DNA of 64,000 nt from Elusimicrobiota bacterium (GTDB lineage: Bacteria > Elusimicrobiota > Elusimicrobia > UBA1565 > UBA9628): assembly GCA_044450965.1 (NCBI GenBank), contig JBIOJO010000002.1:21246-85245 (forward strand), written 5' to 3'. Both the position numbers and the translations under genes were made by a program. Below the pieces are notes generated by a model that was not told the DNA's origin, did not search any database, and saw only the letters and a list, made by a program, of their open reading frames with translations. Shown piece after piece: positions 29,248 through 39,852 of the stretch; the first letter of the stretch is position 1; each line of letters begins with the position of its first letter.

Positions 29248-32200
29248 ATGAAGACGACCCTCGCCGTCCCGATCGCGCTGACCCTGGCCCTCGCCCTGCC
29301 CGCCAGGGCGATGTCGTGGGGCGGCTCCTCGAAGCCCGATTTCGACGCCGTGTCCGAGGAGGCCGGGTTCTCTTCCGCGACCCAGCTGTTCCAGGAGACC
29401 GGCCGCGACAAGCTGGCCGTGGTCCAGGCCTTCGAGAATTTCGTCTCGCAGTTCCCGCGCAGCCCGCGGGTCGTCGACGCGCAGTTCCTCATCGGCGAGG
29501 CTTACCTGCAGCACGCGCTGTCCATCTTGAAGTCCGAGGCGACCGCCAAGAAGTCGTCCACCGCCCGCCTGCTCGCGCCGAAGAATCCGGCCGCGGCGAA
29601 GGCCCTGGAGGACGCGCGCAAGGCGTTCGAGGACGTCGTCCGCGACAAGAAATCCGGCCTGGCCGCCTCCGCGCAGTACCGCCTGGGGGAGGTCGCCTAC
29701 AACGACAAGGACTGGGAGAAGGCCGTCGCGGAGTTCCAGAACGTCGACAAGAATTTCCCGAAGTCCTACATCAACCCCGAGGCGCTGATGGGGATCATCT
29801 ACTCGGACCTGGCTTTGGAGCAGTTCTCCCAGGCCGAGGCGAACCTGTTCCTGCTGGGCGAGACCTACCCGACCTTCCTGCGCGAGCCGGCGGTCCTGTA
29901 CGCGCAGGGCATCGTGGCGCTCCACAAGGGCGACTACGCCAACGCCGAGCGTTCGCTGAAGGAAGTGAAGACCGCCGACGCGCAGTACTACCTGGGCAAG
30001 ACCTACCTGCTCAGCAAGCGCGCCTACCTGGCCGCGGCCGCCTTCGAGAACCTGATCCGCGACTACCAGGATTCCGAGCTGAAGGAGGAGGCGCAGTTCT
30101 TCATCGGCGACTCGTTCTTCCTGGCCGAGGACTTCAACGGCGCGATTTCCAAGTACCAGCGCTTCATCCAGCTCTATCCCGAGAGCCCGCTGCGCGTGTC
30201 CGCGCTGTTCCGCATCGGCTCGTCGTACTTCCAGAAGAAGGACTACGTGGAGGCGCGCGCCAACTTCCAGGCCGTCCTGGACCGCTACCCGAAGGACTTC
30301 TTCGCGCCGCTGGCTCAGTTCTTCATCGCCGAGTCCTACCTGATCGCCGGGCAGACGCGCGAGGCCCTGTTCGCCTACACCAAGGTCATCACGCAGTATC
30401 CGGACGCGGTCAAGATCGCGCCGGTCGCCTACTTCAAGCTGGCGTGGTGCCAGAACCAGGTCGGCGACTTCATGCAGGCCATCCAGACCGGCAACAACTT
30501 CGTGGCCCAGTACCCCAACCACGTGCTGGCCAAGAACATCTACGTGATCGTCGGCAACTCGCAGCTGTCGCTGAAGCGCTACGCGGAGGCGACGTCGTCC
30601 TTCCAGCGCATCATCGACCTGGCGCCGTCGTCGGACATCGCCGAGCAGGCGCTGTTCTCGATCCTGAAGAGCCAGTACGACCAGAAGGCCTTCAACTCCA
30701 TCCTGACGTCCTACCAGTTCATCTTCCGCCATCTGCCGCCGTCCAAATCCAAATGGCGCTCGATGAGCTACCTGTACGCCGCCGAGGCCTACCTGCAGCT
30801 GCAGCAGGTCGACGAGGCCAAGGTCATCTACGAGATGATCCTGAAGGTCTATCCGGACGACCCCGCGGCGTTCTACGCCCAGGACGGCCTGGCGTGGTGC
30901 CACTCGTACAAGGGCGAGGACCAGATGGCGCTGGAGGCGCGGCAGAAGCTCAAGGACATGCTCGCCGTGGCCAACTCCTCGTTCAGCTTCTCCGGCCTCA
31001 ACGAGCTGGGCATCGCGGACTCGATGTTCAACCAGAAGAACTACGAGGACTCCTATCAGCTCTACGCGAAGTACGCCGCCGACAATCCCGCGTCCCCCGA
31101 GGCGCCGTCGGCTCTGTACCGCGCGGCGATGAGCTCGTATCACCAGCGCTACTACACGCAGGCCATCGACTTGTGGAAGAAACTGATCGACCAGTACCCG
31201 AACGCGAAGGACTCCGCCCAGGCCCGCGCGCAGATCGCCGACACCTTGTTCCGCGCGCAAAAATACCCCGAGGCGATCGCGGCCTATCGCGGACTTCTGG
31301 ACGCGGACGCGAAGGGGCCCGCCGCGCCGCTGGCGCACCTGCGCATCGCGCAGTCGGCGTTCAACATGAAGGACGACGCGGCGGCGGTCAAGGAGGTCCA
31401 GGATCTGGTCGGGTCTTTCCCGGCGGCGCCGGAGTCCAACGACGGCCTGGATATCCTGGAGGCCGTGTTCGACCGCTCCCGCGGCTACGATTACAAGACC
31501 AGCCTGCGCGCGATCGTGACGTCCCAGCCCGGCACGCCCATCGGCGGGGAGGCTCAGTTCCGCCTGGCCCGCCGCGCCTTCGACGCGAAGGACTACCCGA
31601 CGGCCGCCGTCGAGTTCCAGAAGTTCTCGGTGGACTTCACGAACCACCCCGAGCTTCCGAAGGCGCAGTTCCTATTGGGGGAAAGCTATTTCAACCAGGG
31701 ACGCCATCAGGACTCGATCCCGGCGTACGAGCGCCTGCTCAACAACTTCGACAAGAACGACGACACGCCTCTGGCGGTGTTCCATCTGGCGAGCGCCTAC
31801 TACGCTCTGGAGAAGTACGACGACGCGTCGCGCTTCTACAACCGTCTGATCGAGGAGTATCCCAGCTCCGAATTCGCCGAGCCGGCGCAGTTCAACCTGG
31901 CGCTGGCGTACAAGAAGCTGGGCAAGCTGGACATGGCGCAATACGCCTACCAGAAGTACGTGGCCGCGGCCAAGCCCGGCGACGGGCAGGCGCAGAGCGC
32001 GCTGTGGGAGACGTATCAGATCCAGAAGGACCGCAAGGATTTCGACGGCGCGATCGCCACGCTGGCTCAGATCCGCTCCGTGCCGAAGGCCGACGCGGAC
32101 CTGACGTTCGAGACCTATTACAGGGAGAGCGAGGTCCGTCTGGCCGCCGGCCGGCCCGACGAGGCGCTGGCCGTCTGGGAGAAGATGCGGGCCATGAAGC

Positions 32201-32595
32201 CCGCCGGCTCCCCGTACCGGCTCCAGGCCCTGATCAAGCTGGGCGACGCGTACGAGAAGGCCAACGATCCCGCCTCCGCCGCGGACGTGTACGACGACCT
32301 GGCGAAGTCCGGGCCGAAGGACACGGCGAAGGCCGCGGCCGCGCGCGCGGCCGTGCTGCGCAAGTCCGCGGGCGGGGCGAAGCCGAAGAAGGCGGCGGCC
32401 GCCACGCCGAACGTGGACGAATCCGTTTCGCCCGACAGCGGCGGCACCCAGGTGATGCCGTCCGACGCGGGCGACGATCAGCCGGCGCCGGACGCGGTCC
32501 CGGTCAAGAAAGCGAAAAAGGCGAAGTCCGCCGTGAAGGGCCGACGCGGGGCCGCCGAGCCTTCGATGCCGGGCATGTCCAACCAGACCAACTAA
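29248..32595 (+). CDS. Exported giant tetratricopeptide-repeat protein (1115 aa) with a Lys/Ala-rich C-terminal tail
   Basis: Signal MKTTLAVPIALTLALALPARA. More than 20 TPR-like Y/F/W-x-helix repeats. Tail AKPKKAAAATP...KKAKKAKSAVKGRRG. ATG 3 nt after the thrS stop. Confidence 0.75.
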   Translation: MKTTLAVPIALTLALALPARAMSWGGSSKPDFDAVSEEAGFSSATQLFQETGRDKLAVVQAFENFVSQFPRSPRVVDAQFLIGEAYLQHALSILKSEATAKKSSTARLLAPKNPAAAKALEDARKAFEDVVRDKKSGLAASAQYRLGEVAYNDKDWEKAVAEFQNVDKNFPKSYINPEALMGIIYSDLALEQFSQAEANLFLLGETYPTFLREPAVLYAQGIVALHKGDYANAERSLKEVKTADAQYYLGKTYLLSKRAYLAAAAFENLIRDYQDSELKEEAQFFIGDSFFLAEDFNGAISKYQRFIQLYPESPLRVSALFRIGSSYFQKKDYVEARANFQAVLDRYPKDFFAPLAQFFIAESYLIAGQTREALFAYTKVITQYPDAVKIAPVAYFKLAWCQNQVGDFMQAIQTGNNFVAQYPNHVLAKNIYVIVGNSQLSLKRYAEATSSFQRIIDLAPSSDIAEQALFSILKSQYDQKAFNSILTSYQFIFRHLPPSKSKWRSMSYLYAAEAYLQLQQVDEAKVIYEMILKVYPDDPAAFYAQDGLAWCHSYKGEDQMALEARQKLKDMLAVANSSFSFSGLNELGIADSMFNQKNYEDSYQLYAKYAADNPASPEAPSALYRAAMSSYHQRYYTQAIDLWKKLIDQYPNAKDSAQARAQIADTLFRAQKYPEAIAAYRGLLDADAKGPAAPLAHLRIAQSAFNMKDDAAAVKEVQDLVGSFPAAPESNDGLDILEAVFDRSRGYDYKTSLRAIVTSQPGTPIGGEAQFRLARRAFDAKDYPTAAVEFQKFSVDFTNHPELPKAQFLLGESYFNQGRHQDSIPAYERLLNNFDKNDDTPLAVFHLASAYYALEKYDDASRFYNRLIEEYPSSEFAEPAQFNLALAYKKLGKLDMAQYAYQKYVAAAKPGDGQAQSALWETYQIQKDRKDFDGAIATLAQIRSVPKADADLTFETYYRESEVRLAAGRPDEALAVWEKMRAMKPAGSPYRLQALIKLGDAYEKANDPASAADVYDDLAKSGPKDTAKAAAARAAVLRKSAGGAKPKKAAAATPNVDESVSPDSGGTQVMPSDAGDDQPAPDAVPVKKAKKAKSAVKGRRGAAEPSMPGMSNQTN

Positions 32596-32607
32596 AGAGG
32601 AAACTTC

Positions 32608-33222
32608 ATGGGCGACATCCATATTCTGCAGCTTTTCCAGCAAAGCTTCACCTTGGTCATCATGCTGTTCCTGTCGGTGCTCTCGGTGACTTTCGCGGTG
32701 GAGCGCTGGTGGTACTTCCGCACGGCGGCCGGCAGGGCCGAGGACGTCCTGGGCGGCGTGCGCAAGCAGTTGGAGGGCGGCAAGCCCGAGGCGGCCGCGG
32801 CGGCGTGCCAGAAGAACCCGACGGCGGTGGCGCAGGTCGTCGCCTACGGCCTGATGCACGCGGGCCGCTCGCGCAAGGACCTGGAGGAGCTGATGCTCTC
32901 CAAGCTGAAGGAGGAGCGCCTGAAGCTGGAGCGCTTCCTGCCCATCCTGGGAACCTTGGGCAACATCTCCCCGTTCATCGGCCTGTTCGGCACGGTGGTC
33001 GGCATCATCAAGGCGTTCCGCGATCTGGCGGCCTCCGGCACGGGCGGGCCCTCGGTGGTCGCCGCGGGCATCGCCGAGGCGCTGGTCTCGACGGCGGCCG
33101 GCCTGCTGGTGGCCATTCCGGCCGCGGTCCTGTACAACTATTTCATGGGCCGTCTGAAGAAGACGACCGTCGAGATGGAAGTGGCGAGCGCGCGCCTGAT
33201 CGTGATGCTGGGCGCGAAATAG
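32608..33222 (+). CDS. MotA/TolQ/ExbB-family proton channel
   Basis: 3-TM architecture with FIGLFGTVVGIIKAF and GIAEALVSTAAGLLVAIPA. Confidence 0.85.
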   Translation: MGDIHILQLFQQSFTLVIMLFLSVLSVTFAVERWWYFRTAAGRAEDVLGGVRKQLEGGKPEAAAAACQKNPTAVAQVVAYGLMHAGRSRKDLEELMLSKLKEERLKLERFLPILGTLGNISPFIGLFGTVVGIIKAFRDLAASGTGGPSVVAAGIAEALVSTAAGLLVAIPAAVLYNYFMGRLKKTTVEMEVASARLIVMLGAK

Positions 33223-33238
33223 AAGGACCGGGAGAACC

Positions 33239-33655
33239 ATGGCCGGCGCGTCCCAGAACGACGGCGAACCGATCACCGCGATCAACGTCACCCCGTTGGT
33301 GGACGTGTGCCTGGTGCTGGTCATCATCTTCATGGCCGTCGCGCCCATGGCCGTGACTTTGGGCATCAAGGTTCTCGAATCCCGCCCGTCGAACCAGGAA
33401 GGCAAGGCCTCGGTGGACGAGAACGTCCAGATCAAGATCGCGTTGGACGGCGGCATCACGGTCAACGGGACGAAGACCGACGGGATGACGTTCCGTTCGG
33501 TTCTGGCCGGCGCGTTGACGCGCAGCAAGGACAAGATGGTCATCATCACCGCGGACGCCCGCAACCATGTCGGGCAGGTCGTCGAGGTCCTGGACGCGTC
33601 CAAGCAGGCCGGGGCGCTGAAGCTGGCGATCATGAAGGCGGACGGGGGGAGCTGA
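33239..33655 (+). CDS. ExbD/TolR-family protein (paralog 1)
   Basis: [21 protein letters not shown] is a single TM, followed by a periplasmic domain. Confidence 0.85.
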   Translation: MAGASQNDGEPITAINVTPLVDVCLVLVIIFMAVAPMAVTLGIKVLESRPSNQEGKASVDENVQIKIALDGGITVNGTKTDGMTFRSVLAGALTRSKDKMVIITADARNHVGQVVEVLDASKQAGALKLAIMKADGGS

Positions 33656-34065
33656 TGGCGGGATCCAGCTACAGCGACGACGCTCCCATCACGGACATCA
33701 ACATCACGCCGCTGGTGGACGTGTGCCTGGTGCTGGTCATCATCTTCATGGTGACCGCGCCGATGATGTCGGATCCGGCCATCAAGGTGGAGCTGCCCAA
33801 GGCCCACACGCAGGAAGGCGAGGAGAAGGACAAGATCACTTTGACGCTGTCGAAGGACGGCGAGTACGCGCTCGACTACGTGAAGTTCACGGACGTCAAG
33901 AAGCTGGAGGAGACGCTCAAGCAGAAGCTGGCGGAGAGCGACTCGAAGCTGATCATCCTGCGCGCCGACAAGGACGCGCTGACCGGCCAGCTGACGGACC
34001 TGATGGCCCGCGCCAAGGACGCCGGCGCGCTGTCCATGACGATCGCGACGGAACAACAGAAATGA
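33655..34065 (+). CDS. ExbD/TolR-family protein (paralog 2)
   Basis: [26 protein letters not shown]-type overlap with paralog 1. Confidence 0.8.
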   Translation: MAGSSYSDDAPITDINITPLVDVCLVLVIIFMVTAPMMSDPAIKVELPKAHTQEGEEKDKITLTLSKDGEYALDYVKFTDVKKLEETLKQKLAESDSKLIILRADKDALTGQLTDLMARAKDAGALSMTIATEQQK

Positions 34066-34083
34066 AGACGGGGTCTCTGAGGC

Positions 34084-35154
34084 ATGGCTGAGGCGCGCAT
34101 CCCGACGTCGGTCGTCGTCTCCGTGGGCCTGCACGGCGGGCTGCTGGTGTTTTTCGGCCTGGCCATGCGCGAGGCCCCCAAGCAGGCGGCCAAGGTCGTG
34201 GACGGGGTGGACTTGCTGATCTCCGCGCCAAAGCCGCGCGCGGCGCAGGGCGAAGCGGCTCCCAAGCCGCCGCCGCTGTCCACGTTCGATTTCCTGAAGC
34301 TGGCCTTGCCGACGGTCCCGCATTCGGCCGCCCCGGCGCAGCTGTCGATCAAGATGCCCGAGCACAAGATCGCGCTGGCCGACGCGCCGAAGCTGGAGGA
34401 CGAGGCGAAGAAGGACCGTGGGCCGAAGCTTCAGACGCTGGACCTGAGCGCCCATCCGGTGGACGTGGCCAAGCTGGACGTGAAGATCACCCGCCGCCAG
34501 GCCGCGGCGACCTTGGCCGCGCTGCCGCGCCTGGAGGAAGTCGGCCGCAAGCGGGTGAAGAACCTGCCTCAGGCCCTGGAGCTGGAGGACCGCCGCCGGG
34601 AGGCGGTCGCCGCCTCCGGCCTGCCGGAGATGACGATCAAGACTCCGACGCGGCGCCAGGCTCTGGCCGCGGTCTCCGCGCTGCAGGAAGCCGCGCCCGC
34701 CGAGCGCGCGCCGGAGCGTAAGGGGCTGGGCTCGCTCCTGCCGGAAAGGCCGCTGCTGATGGAGGCTCGCCCTCAGCCGGTCATGGCCGCTAAAATGGAG
34801 AAGGTCTCCGCGATCGCTCCGCGCCTGGAGCGCCGCCAGGCCGAGCAGGCCGGCGCCGCGAAGAAAGGCGTCGAGATCGAGGGGCCGCTGGCCGACCGTA
34901 AGGTCGCGGCCTATTCGGTGCCGTCGTTTCCGGACTGGGCCCGGAACCAGGGAATCCTGGAGGCCGACGTGGCCATCCGGTTCACCGTGGACGAGGACGG
35001 CAACGTGATGCCGGGGATGCGCGTGGAGAACTCCTCGGGCTACGGCCGCCTCGACAAGCTGGCGATGGAATCCTTGAGAAGCTGGCGCTTCGCGACGAAG
35101 CCGGGCGCGGGCGTGCAGTGGGGCGTGATCACCTTCCGGTTTATCTTGGAGTGA
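34084..35154 (+). CDS. TonB/TolA-like energy-transducer (N-terminal TM, long Pro/Ala/Lys linker, C-terminal TonB_C domain)
   Basis: TM VVVSVGLHGGLLVFFGLA. C-terminus ILEADVAIRFTVDEDGNV...GYGRLDKLAMESLRSWRF matches TonB_C. Confidence 0.7.
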   Translation: MAEARIPTSVVVSVGLHGGLLVFFGLAMREAPKQAAKVVDGVDLLISAPKPRAAQGEAAPKPPPLSTFDFLKLALPTVPHSAAPAQLSIKMPEHKIALADAPKLEDEAKKDRGPKLQTLDLSAHPVDVAKLDVKITRRQAAATLAALPRLEEVGRKRVKNLPQALELEDRRREAVAASGLPEMTIKTPTRRQALAAVSALQEAAPAERAPERKGLGSLLPERPLLMEARPQPVMAAKMEKVSAIAPRLERRQAEQAGAAKKGVEIEGPLADRKVAAYSVPSFPDWARNQGILEADVAIRFTVDEDGNVMPGMRVENSSGYGRLDKLAMESLRSWRFATKPGAGVQWGVITFRFILE

Positions 35155-35159
35155 CGACT

Positions 35160-36101
35160 ATGATGATGAACGCGATCGCCGTCCTGCTTCTGTCCGTCCC
35201 GGTCTCGGCCCAAAACGCGCCGGCGTCCACCGGCCCGGCCACGACCGGCGGCATGCCCACCGAGGTCGTCATCAAGGCCGACGGCAACAAGCTCTCCGAC
35301 ACCAAGCCGCCGCTCAAGATCGACGTGGACCCGTTCGAGACCATCCGGCCGGAGCTGAAGCCCGACCAGAACCTTCTGCTGGCCGTGTCGCCCCTGACCG
35401 TGTCGTGGCGGCGCACGCACCCCGAGTTCCTGTTCAACGATCGTGTGATCCAGCCGTGGCGCGGCACGTTCAGCCAGCGTCCGGGCATCGCGTTCAAGAT
35501 CCGCGAGCAGCTGGAGAACCTCCTGGGAGGCGGCAAGGGCGACCCCAAGGAGCTCAAGAAGTGGGGCTGGAGCCTGACCATCGCCGACGAGGAAGGCCGC
35601 GTCTTCCATCACTACGAGGGCTCCGGCGATCCGCCCGAGGAGATCATCTGGAACGGTCAGAACGACCAGAACGAGTGGGTCCGCGCCGGCCGCTCCTACT
35701 CCGCCGTCTACACGTTCACCAGCCCCGACGGCTCGCCGCGCACGCGCGTGGGCAACCCGCTTTTGTTCAAGGGCATCGTCCACCAGGAGGACACCGGCCT
35801 GCACATCAGCATGGACTCCTCGGTGCTGTTCGGCACCAACAAGAACGGCCAGGAGCTCCAGGACGGGCCCGGCAAGGACCTGCTGCGCTCCGCGGCCGAC
35901 CTGGTCAAGCGCCGTTTTCCCGCGATCCCCATCGCGGTGCGCGTCTACTCCAACACCAAGGAGCTGGGCGACGCCCAGGCCGCGGCCGTTCAGCAGTTCC
36001 TGCTCCGCGACCTGATGGTTCCGGCGCGCAACATCTCCACCGACGCCGCGCGCGCCCCGTTCTCCGATCAGCGCGTCGAGGTCGTGCTTCTGAACCGGTG
36101 A
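35160..36101 (+). CDS. Exported protein with a C-terminal OmpA/Pal-like peptidoglycan-binding domain
   Basis: Signal MMMNAIAVLLLSVPVSA. C-terminus SVLFGTNKNGQEL...IPIAVRVYSNT...DAQAAAVQQFLLRDL is a divergent OmpA_C-like domain. Confidence 0.55.
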   Translation: MMMNAIAVLLLSVPVSAQNAPASTGPATTGGMPTEVVIKADGNKLSDTKPPLKIDVDPFETIRPELKPDQNLLLAVSPLTVSWRRTHPEFLFNDRVIQPWRGTFSQRPGIAFKIREQLENLLGGGKGDPKELKKWGWSLTIADEEGRVFHHYEGSGDPPEEIIWNGQNDQNEWVRAGRSYSAVYTFTSPDGSPRTRVGNPLLFKGIVHQEDTGLHISMDSSVLFGTNKNGQELQDGPGKDLLRSAADLVKRRFPAIPIAVRVYSNTKELGDAQAAAVQQFLLRDLMVPARNISTDAARAPFSDQRVEVVLLNR

Positions 36102-36433
36102 CCGTCGGCTCGGGTAACTACAAGCGCATCTACGCCGTCGCGCGGCGGATTCCGCGCGGCCGCGTCGCCACCTACGGTCAGATCGCGGCCTTGGCCGGCC
36201 TCCCGAACCACGCGCGTCAGGTCGGGTACGCGCTCCAGGCGCTGCCCGAGGCCTCGGACGTGCCTTGGCAGCGCGTGGTGAACGCTTCGGGGGGAGTCAG
36301 TCCTCGCCCTCATCCTTATGCGGTCATGATGCAGCGCGCCATGCTGGAGAAGGAAGGCGTCGTCTTCGGCGCGAATGGGAAAATTTCGCTCTCGCGGTAC
36401 GGTTGGCACGCCAAACTCGGTTCCAATCGTTGA
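36098..36433 (+). CDS. Alkyltransferase-like protein (MGMT DNA-binding domain without the catalytic Cys: PWQRVV replaces PCHRV)
   Basis: NYKRIYAVARRIPRGRVATYGQIAALAG...PWQRVVNASG. GTG start overlapping the upstream stop. Confidence 0.65.
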   Translation: MTVGSGNYKRIYAVARRIPRGRVATYGQIAALAGLPNHARQVGYALQALPEASDVPWQRVVNASGGVSPRPHPYAVMMQRAMLEKEGVVFGANGKISLSRYGWHAKLGSNR

Positions 36434-36623
36434 CTGTTGTTAACAACAGTCACGCGATACCTGGCGTTCAGCTGTTGGCGCCAACAGTTGCGGGTTGTGG
36501 AAAACGCGTCAAACCCCTCGCCACCCGGGCGCGGCGCCCCGATCCCTGCCATTTATCAGGTTGTCCCGCGTCAATAAACGCGACCTCCCCGCTGGACCCC
36601 GCGCCCCAAAAATCCTAAGATGA

Positions 36624-37682
<1,059 letters not shown>

Positions 37683-37728
37683 TCCCATCGCCAGCAATTC
37701 GAAGAAGCGACACGCCACCATCATCGGC

Positions 37729-38607
37729 GTGCCCCTGGATTACGGCGCCTCCAAAAGAGGCGCCTCGGGCGGCCCCGCGGCCGTCCGCCGCGCGAACCTG
37801 ATCGAAGGCCTGGAGGCCTTGGATCTGGAGATCGCCGATGCCGGCGACCTGACCGTTCCTAAGATCGCCCCGTCCGCCAAGGGCAAGCTCAAAAACGCCG
37901 CGGCGATCCTCAAGGTGTGCTCGGAGCTGGAGAAGCAGACGTACGAGGCCGTGGCCAACGGTTCGACGCCGATCACCTTGGGCGGCGACCACAGCCTGGC
38001 CGTCGGCTCGGTGTCCGGCGTGTCGCGCGCGTTCCGCGACAAGGGACGCAAGGTCGGGCTGATCTGGGTGGACGCGCACGCGGACATCAACACGCCGGAG
38101 ACGTCCCCGAGCGGGAACGTCCACGGCATGCCGCTGGCGCATCTGCTCGGCATGGGCCACAAGGACTTCGCGCGCCTGGGCGGCTTCGCCCCGAAGATCG
38201 ACCCGCGCAACGTCGTGCTGGTCGGCATCCGCGACGTGGACCGCGCGGAGGCGGTCAACATCCGCAAGTCCGGCATCCGCGTCTTCTCCATGCAGGAGAT
38301 CGACCGCTACGGCATGGGCGTGGTGACCGAGCAGGCCATCGACATGGCCAGCGACGGCACCGCGGGCTTCCACGTCAGCTTCGACATCGACTGCGTGGAC
38401 CCGGGCAACGCGCCCGGCACCGGGACCATCAAGCGCGGCGGCCTGACCTACCGCGAGTCGCACCTTTTCATGGAGCTGGTCGCCGACTCCGAACGCATGC
38501 TGGGCCTGGACCTCGTCGAGGTCAATCCTCTCGAGGACACCCAGAACGCGACCGCCGTGCTCGCCTCCGAGCTGATCTGCTCGGCGATGGGCAAGAACAT
38601 TTACTGA
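37729..38607 (+). CDS. rocF: Arginase (ureohydrolase family, RocF-like). The true N-terminus probably extends upstream to about 37687 with no canonical start codon.
   Basis: GGDHSLAVGSVSGV, DAHADINTPETSPSGNVHGMPLAHLLG and SFDIDCVDP motifs. The in-frame upstream sequence reads KKRHATIIGVPLDYG, the conserved strand beta-1, back to the gap stop. Confidence 0.8.
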   Translation: MPLDYGASKRGASGGPAAVRRANLIEGLEALDLEIADAGDLTVPKIAPSAKGKLKNAAAILKVCSELEKQTYEAVANGSTPITLGGDHSLAVGSVSGVSRAFRDKGRKVGLIWVDAHADINTPETSPSGNVHGMPLAHLLGMGHKDFARLGGFAPKIDPRNVVLVGIRDVDRAEAVNIRKSGIRVFSMQEIDRYGMGVVTEQAIDMASDGTAGFHVSFDIDCVDPGNAPGTGTIKRGGLTYRESHLFMELVADSERMLGLDLVEVNPLEDTQNATAVLASELICSAMGKNIY

Positions 38608-38617
38608 GGTACCTCCG

Positions 38618-39823
38618 ATGACCGAGAAGGCCGCCCTGAAGCTGAAGCGCCTGCAGGATTTGACGTTCAAGGGCAAGCGCGTCCTGGTCCGCGTGGACTA
38701 CAACGTCCCGATGAAAGGGACGAAGATCGAGGACAACTCCCGCATCCGCGAGACGCTGAAGACCCTCGAGGCCTTGATCGCCGGGGGGGCGAAGATCGTC
38801 CTGATCGCCCATTTCGGCCGGCCCAAGGGGAAGGTCGACCCTAAGTACAGCCTCAAGCCGGTCGCCGAGGAATTGGCGCGCCTCCTCAAGAAGCCCGTCG
38901 CGTTCGCGACGGACTGCGTCGGCCCCGTCGCCGAGAAGGCCGTCGCCGCGCTCAAGCCCGGCGACGTGCTCCTGTTGGAGAATCTTCGCTTCCACGCCGA
39001 GGAGGAGGCCAACGATCCGGCGTTCGCCAAGGCTCTCGCCAAGAACGGGGACCTGTTCATCCAGGACGCGTTCGGCGCCCTGCACCGCGCGCACGCCTCC
39101 ACCGCGGGCGTGACGAAATACCTTCCCGGCGCCATCGGCTTCCTGGTCCAGCGCGAGCTGGAGTTCCTTGACCGCGTGATCGGCAATCCGACGCGTCCGT
39201 TCCTGGCCATCATCGGCGGCGCGAAGGTCTCGGACAAGCTGGCGGTCCTGGACAAGCTCTTGGACCGCGTCGACGTCCTCCTGATCGGCGGCGGAATGGC
39301 GTACACCTTCCTGGCCGCCCAGGGCATCAGCATCGGCAAGTCGCTGCTGGAGAAGGACCAGATCGAGGCGGCCAAGGCCATCATCGAGAAGGGCTACAAC
39401 AAGAAGGTCGAGATTCTCCTTCCCGCCGACCACTTGGCCGTGCGCGAGATCAAGGCCGACGCCGCCGTCACCATCACCCAGGCCATGTCCATCCCGCCGG
39501 ACCTCATCGGCGTGGACATCGGCCCGCACACCATCGAGTTCTTCACGGAGCACGTGGCCAAGGCGAAGACCGTCTTCTGGAACGGCCCCATGGGCATCTT
39601 CGAGATGGAGGCGTTCTCCAAGGGCAGCTTCGCCGTCGCCCAGGCCATGGCGGACGCCACGAAGAACGGCGTCACCACCATCGTCGGCGGGGGGGACAGC
39701 CTCTCCGTCGTCGCGAAGGCCAAGCTGGCCGACCAGATGAGCCACTGCTCCACCGGCGGCGGCGCCAGTCTGGAGCTTCTGGAGGGGAAAATCCTTCCGG
39801 GCCTGGCCGCTTTGGCGTCCTAA
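38618..39823 (+). CDS. pgk: Phosphoglycerate kinase
   Basis: 401 aa. N-terminal RVDYNVP and the hinge/ATP motifs are conserved. Confidence 0.95.
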   Translation: MTEKAALKLKRLQDLTFKGKRVLVRVDYNVPMKGTKIEDNSRIRETLKTLEALIAGGAKIVLIAHFGRPKGKVDPKYSLKPVAEELARLLKKPVAFATDCVGPVAEKAVAALKPGDVLLLENLRFHAEEEANDPAFAKALAKNGDLFIQDAFGALHRAHASTAGVTKYLPGAIGFLVQRELEFLDRVIGNPTRPFLAIIGGAKVSDKLAVLDKLLDRVDVLLIGGGMAYTFLAAQGISIGKSLLEKDQIEAAKAIIEKGYNKKVEILLPADHLAVREIKADAAVTITQAMSIPPDLIGVDIGPHTIEFFTEHVAKAKTVFWNGPMGIFEMEAFSKGSFAVAQAMADATKNGVTTIVGGGDSLSVVAKAKLADQMSHCSTGGGASLELLEGKILPGLAALAS

Positions 39824-39852
39824 GACCAGAAAAAAGGTATAATCCAACCCTC

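Noticed and set aside
29158-34455. Large minus-strand and frame-shifted plus-strand ORFs (29158..31647 -, 29316..33356 +, 31672..34455 -) across the TPR/tolQR region
   Set aside because: They overlap well-supported TPR, TolQ and TolR genes in other frames or on the opposite strand. The composition is Arg/Gly-dominated.
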